A stretch of 64,000 bases of DNA from Alphaproteobacteria bacterium (GTDB lineage: Bacteria; Pseudomonadota; Alphaproteobacteria; SP197): assembly GCA_964291265.2 (NCBI GenBank), contig OZ219747.1, positions 3,488,001 to 3,552,000 on the forward strand, in the 5' to 3' direction. The position numbers were made by a program, and so were the translations under genes. The notes below the pieces were generated by a model that did not search any database, was not told where the DNA came from, and saw only the letters and a program-made list of their open reading frames with translations. This document shows positions 61,999-64,000 of the stretch, in pieces. Numbering within the stretch: position 1 is the first letter of the stretch; the number at the start of each line of letters is the position of its first letter.

Positions 61999-63234
61999 CT
62001 ACGCCAGCAAGGCGTCCTCATAGGGGAAGGTCGACAGGCGCTGAACGCCAGTGTCGGTGACGAGAACCTGTTCCTCGAGCTTGACACCCTCAAGACCGTC
62101 TTCGGCGCCAATGTAGCTCTCGACACACAGTGTCATGCCGGGCTCGATGACGCCGGTCGAGGAACGCTGCGGCGTGTCCGCGAAGGAGATCGAGGGATAC
62201 TCGTCGACAAGGCCGACTCCGTGGGCGGCGATGCCATACCTGCGGGCACGGAATTCACGCGGAACCGGCCACGATCTTTCGGCGGCTTCGACAAAACTCA
62301 TGCCCGGTTCGAGAATGCCGATGTTGAACTGGACCTGCTCGAAGGCAAGCGCGTAGAGCCGGCGCTGCTCGTCCGTCGGTCGTCCCGGACCGCAGAACCA
62401 GGTGCGGCTGATATCCGCGCAATAGCCGAAGGGGCCGACAAGATCGGTGTCGAGACCGATGAGTTCGCCAGCACGGATCACCCGACTCGAGGCCTCGCGG
62501 AACCAGGGATTGGTCCTGCCTCCGGATGCGAGAAGTCGGGTCTCTATCCACTCGCCGCCGAGTTCGATGTTCACCTGGTGGAGAATCGACCACAGAGCCG
62601 TCTCGCTGATGCCGGCGCGGAGTTCACCGCGCATCCTTGCCATGGCCGCCTCGCACACGGAGATGGAAACCAGCATGGCCTCGATCTCGTCCCGGGACTT
62701 GATCACCCTGGCGCGTTCCGTCACGCGTGTCCCGCTGGCGATCTCGTAGCCCATCTCCTGGAGGGCGCCGGCGCCCTCGAAGTCGAGCCGGTCGGCGGCG
62801 ATGCGCCGGCCGGCTCCATGGGCGCGCATCACGGAATCGATATCCCGGGCCCAGGCCCTGACCCGCGCCTCGATGTTCTCCGAAGCCACCATGTAGATGA
62901 AGCCCAGAGCCGGTCTGATCTCGCCGATGGTCTCCAGGTGCCGGTAGAGATGCATCGACTTCTCGTAATCGAAGAGGACGGCCTTGCCTTGGGCTGGAAC
63001 GAAGCAGTAGCGGATCGGGTTGTGGGTGAACCACACCTGCATGTTGCTGGAACCGGTGGCATAGCGGATGTTGACCGGGTCGTAGAGAATGATGCCACCC
63101 AGATCGAGGCGGTGAAGCTCACCCTGGATCCGCTCCAGGCGCCAGGCGCGCATGCGGCGAATGTCGATCTGCGGTTCGGCGTCGTGCTGGGCAATGCCCG
63201 GAGTGTTGCGTGCCAGGCGTATGGCGTCGTTCAT
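61999..63234 (-). CDS. M24B metallopeptidase family protein, DddP (DMSP lyase)-like
   Basis: DPVNIRYATGSSNMQVW, GGEWIETRLLASG.RTNPWF, DTDL...DISRTW, HGVG, KLEEQ. Confidence 0.8.
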   Translation of the reverse strand: MNDAIRLARNTPGIAQHDAEPQIDIRRMRAWRLERIQGELHRLDLGGIILYDPVNIRYATGSSNMQVWFTHNPIRYCFVPAQGKAVLFDYEKSMHLYRHLETIGEIRPALGFIYMVASENIEARVRAWARDIDSVMRAHGAGRRIAADRLDFEGAGALQEMGYEIASGTRVTERARVIKSRDEIEAMLVSISVCEAAMARMRGELRAGISETALWSILHQVNIELGGEWIETRLLASGGRTNPWFREASSRVIRAGELIGLDTDLVGPFGYCADISRTWFCGPGRPTDEQRRLYALAFEQVQFNIGILEPGMSFVEAAERSWPVPREFRARRYGIAAHGVGLVDEYPSISFADTPQRSSTGVIEPGMTLCVESYIGAEDGLEGVKLEEQVLVTDTGVQRLSTFPYEDALLA

Positions 63235-63246
63235 GTCACATGCCCA

Positions 63247-64000
63247 TCATCCAAGCAGCGCCTCATCGAACGGGTATGTCGAGAGACGCTGGGGACCTGA
63301 CCGGGTCACAAGGATCTGCTCTTCGAGCTTGACACCCTCGTTGCCGTCCTCGGCGCCGATATAGCTTTCGACGCAGATGGTCATGTTCTCCTCGAGAACA
63401 CCGGGCATGGCCAGGTCGGCCTTGTCGGAAAACGTCAGGCCCGGCCACTCGTCGGCCATGCCGACGCCGTGCGCCATGGAACCGTATCGTCGCGCCATGA
63501 ATTCGTTGGGAACACGCCAGGATGACTCGGCAACATCCCGGAAGGTCCGGCCGGGGCGCATTTCCTGGATGTTGGTCTCGATCTGCTCATGGGCATAGGC
63601 ATAGAGCCGCCTCTGCTCCTCCGTCGGCTTGCCGGGACCGCAGAACCAGGTGCGCGAGATATCGGAACAGTAGCCGAAGGGTCCGATGAGATCCGTGTCG
63701 AAGGCCACCAGCTCGCCGGCCCGGATGATGCGATCGCTGCATTCCCTGAACCACGGATTGGTCCGGCCGCCGGAAGCCAGAAGTCGGGTCTCGATCCATT
63801 CGCCGCCCATGGCGATGTTCACCTGGTGGAGATGCGACCACAGCTGGTTCTCCGTGATCCCGGCGCGCAGGTTCTCATGCATCCTCGCCATCCCCGACTC
63901 GCACACGGAGATGGAGACAAGCATCGCCTGGATTTCGTCGTCGGACTTGATGGACCGGGCGCGCTCCATGACTTCCTGACCGTTGGCGATGGTGCAGCCT
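63247..64000 (-). CDS. Second DddP-like M24B paralogue, partial (starts beyond the window end)
   Basis: Same motifs: GGEWIETRLLASGGRTNPWF, DTDLIG, HGVGMADEWP. Confidence 0.8.
   Translation of the reverse strand, partial: GCTIANGQEVMERARSIKSDDEIQAMLVSISVCESGMARMHENLRAGITENQLWSHLHQVNIAMGGEWIETRLLASGGRTNPWFRECSDRIIRAGELVAFDTDLIGPFGYCSDISRTWFCGPGKPTEEQRRLYAYAHEQIETNIQEMRPGRTFRDVAESSWRVPNEFMARRYGSMAHGVGMADEWPGLTFSDKADLAMPGVLEENMTICVESYIGAEDGNEGVKLEEQILVTRSGPQRLSTYPFDEALLG

Overview
High-GC bacterial chromosome, most likely an alphaproteobacterium (Rhodospirillales-like gene order). Marine or host-associated life is suggested, by inference only, by the FN3 autotransporter, the RTX protein, the DddP-like genes and the heavy IS load. 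The core backbone is dcd, trmFO, puuD-like, secF-secD-yajC, nlpD-pcm-serS-tatCBA, ABC ATPase-scpB-scpA-S2P-nagZ-SPOR-argS-dgt, erpA-xth-isomerase-glnE and ilvD, plus a five-gene partner-switching signalling cluster and two DddP-like M24 genes. Three accessory zones interrupt it. (1) 1-8.6 kb: an FN3 autotransporter gene fused at its 5' end to an IS-derived DUF4338 domain, frameshifted at a C10 tract and split by a 2442-bp IS4 element. (2) About 21.3-35.6 kb: a nested IS pile inside the conserved scpAB-tat operon, containing IS5, an IS66 fragment, Tn5-like IS4, ISAs1-like copies, two IS1634 and several MITEs; most of its ends and target duplications can be read from the sequence. (3) 56.6-61.6 kb: a heptamer VNTR, an RTX gene and a 2910-bp IS with a triple-HTH transposase. 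The most striking recurring signal is one DUF4338 (DruA/Mom-like GNAT) module at the N-terminus of transposases of three different scaffolds, in six copies. No CRISPR array, rRNA or tRNA was recognised. All family calls are from motif recognition by eye; no searches were run.
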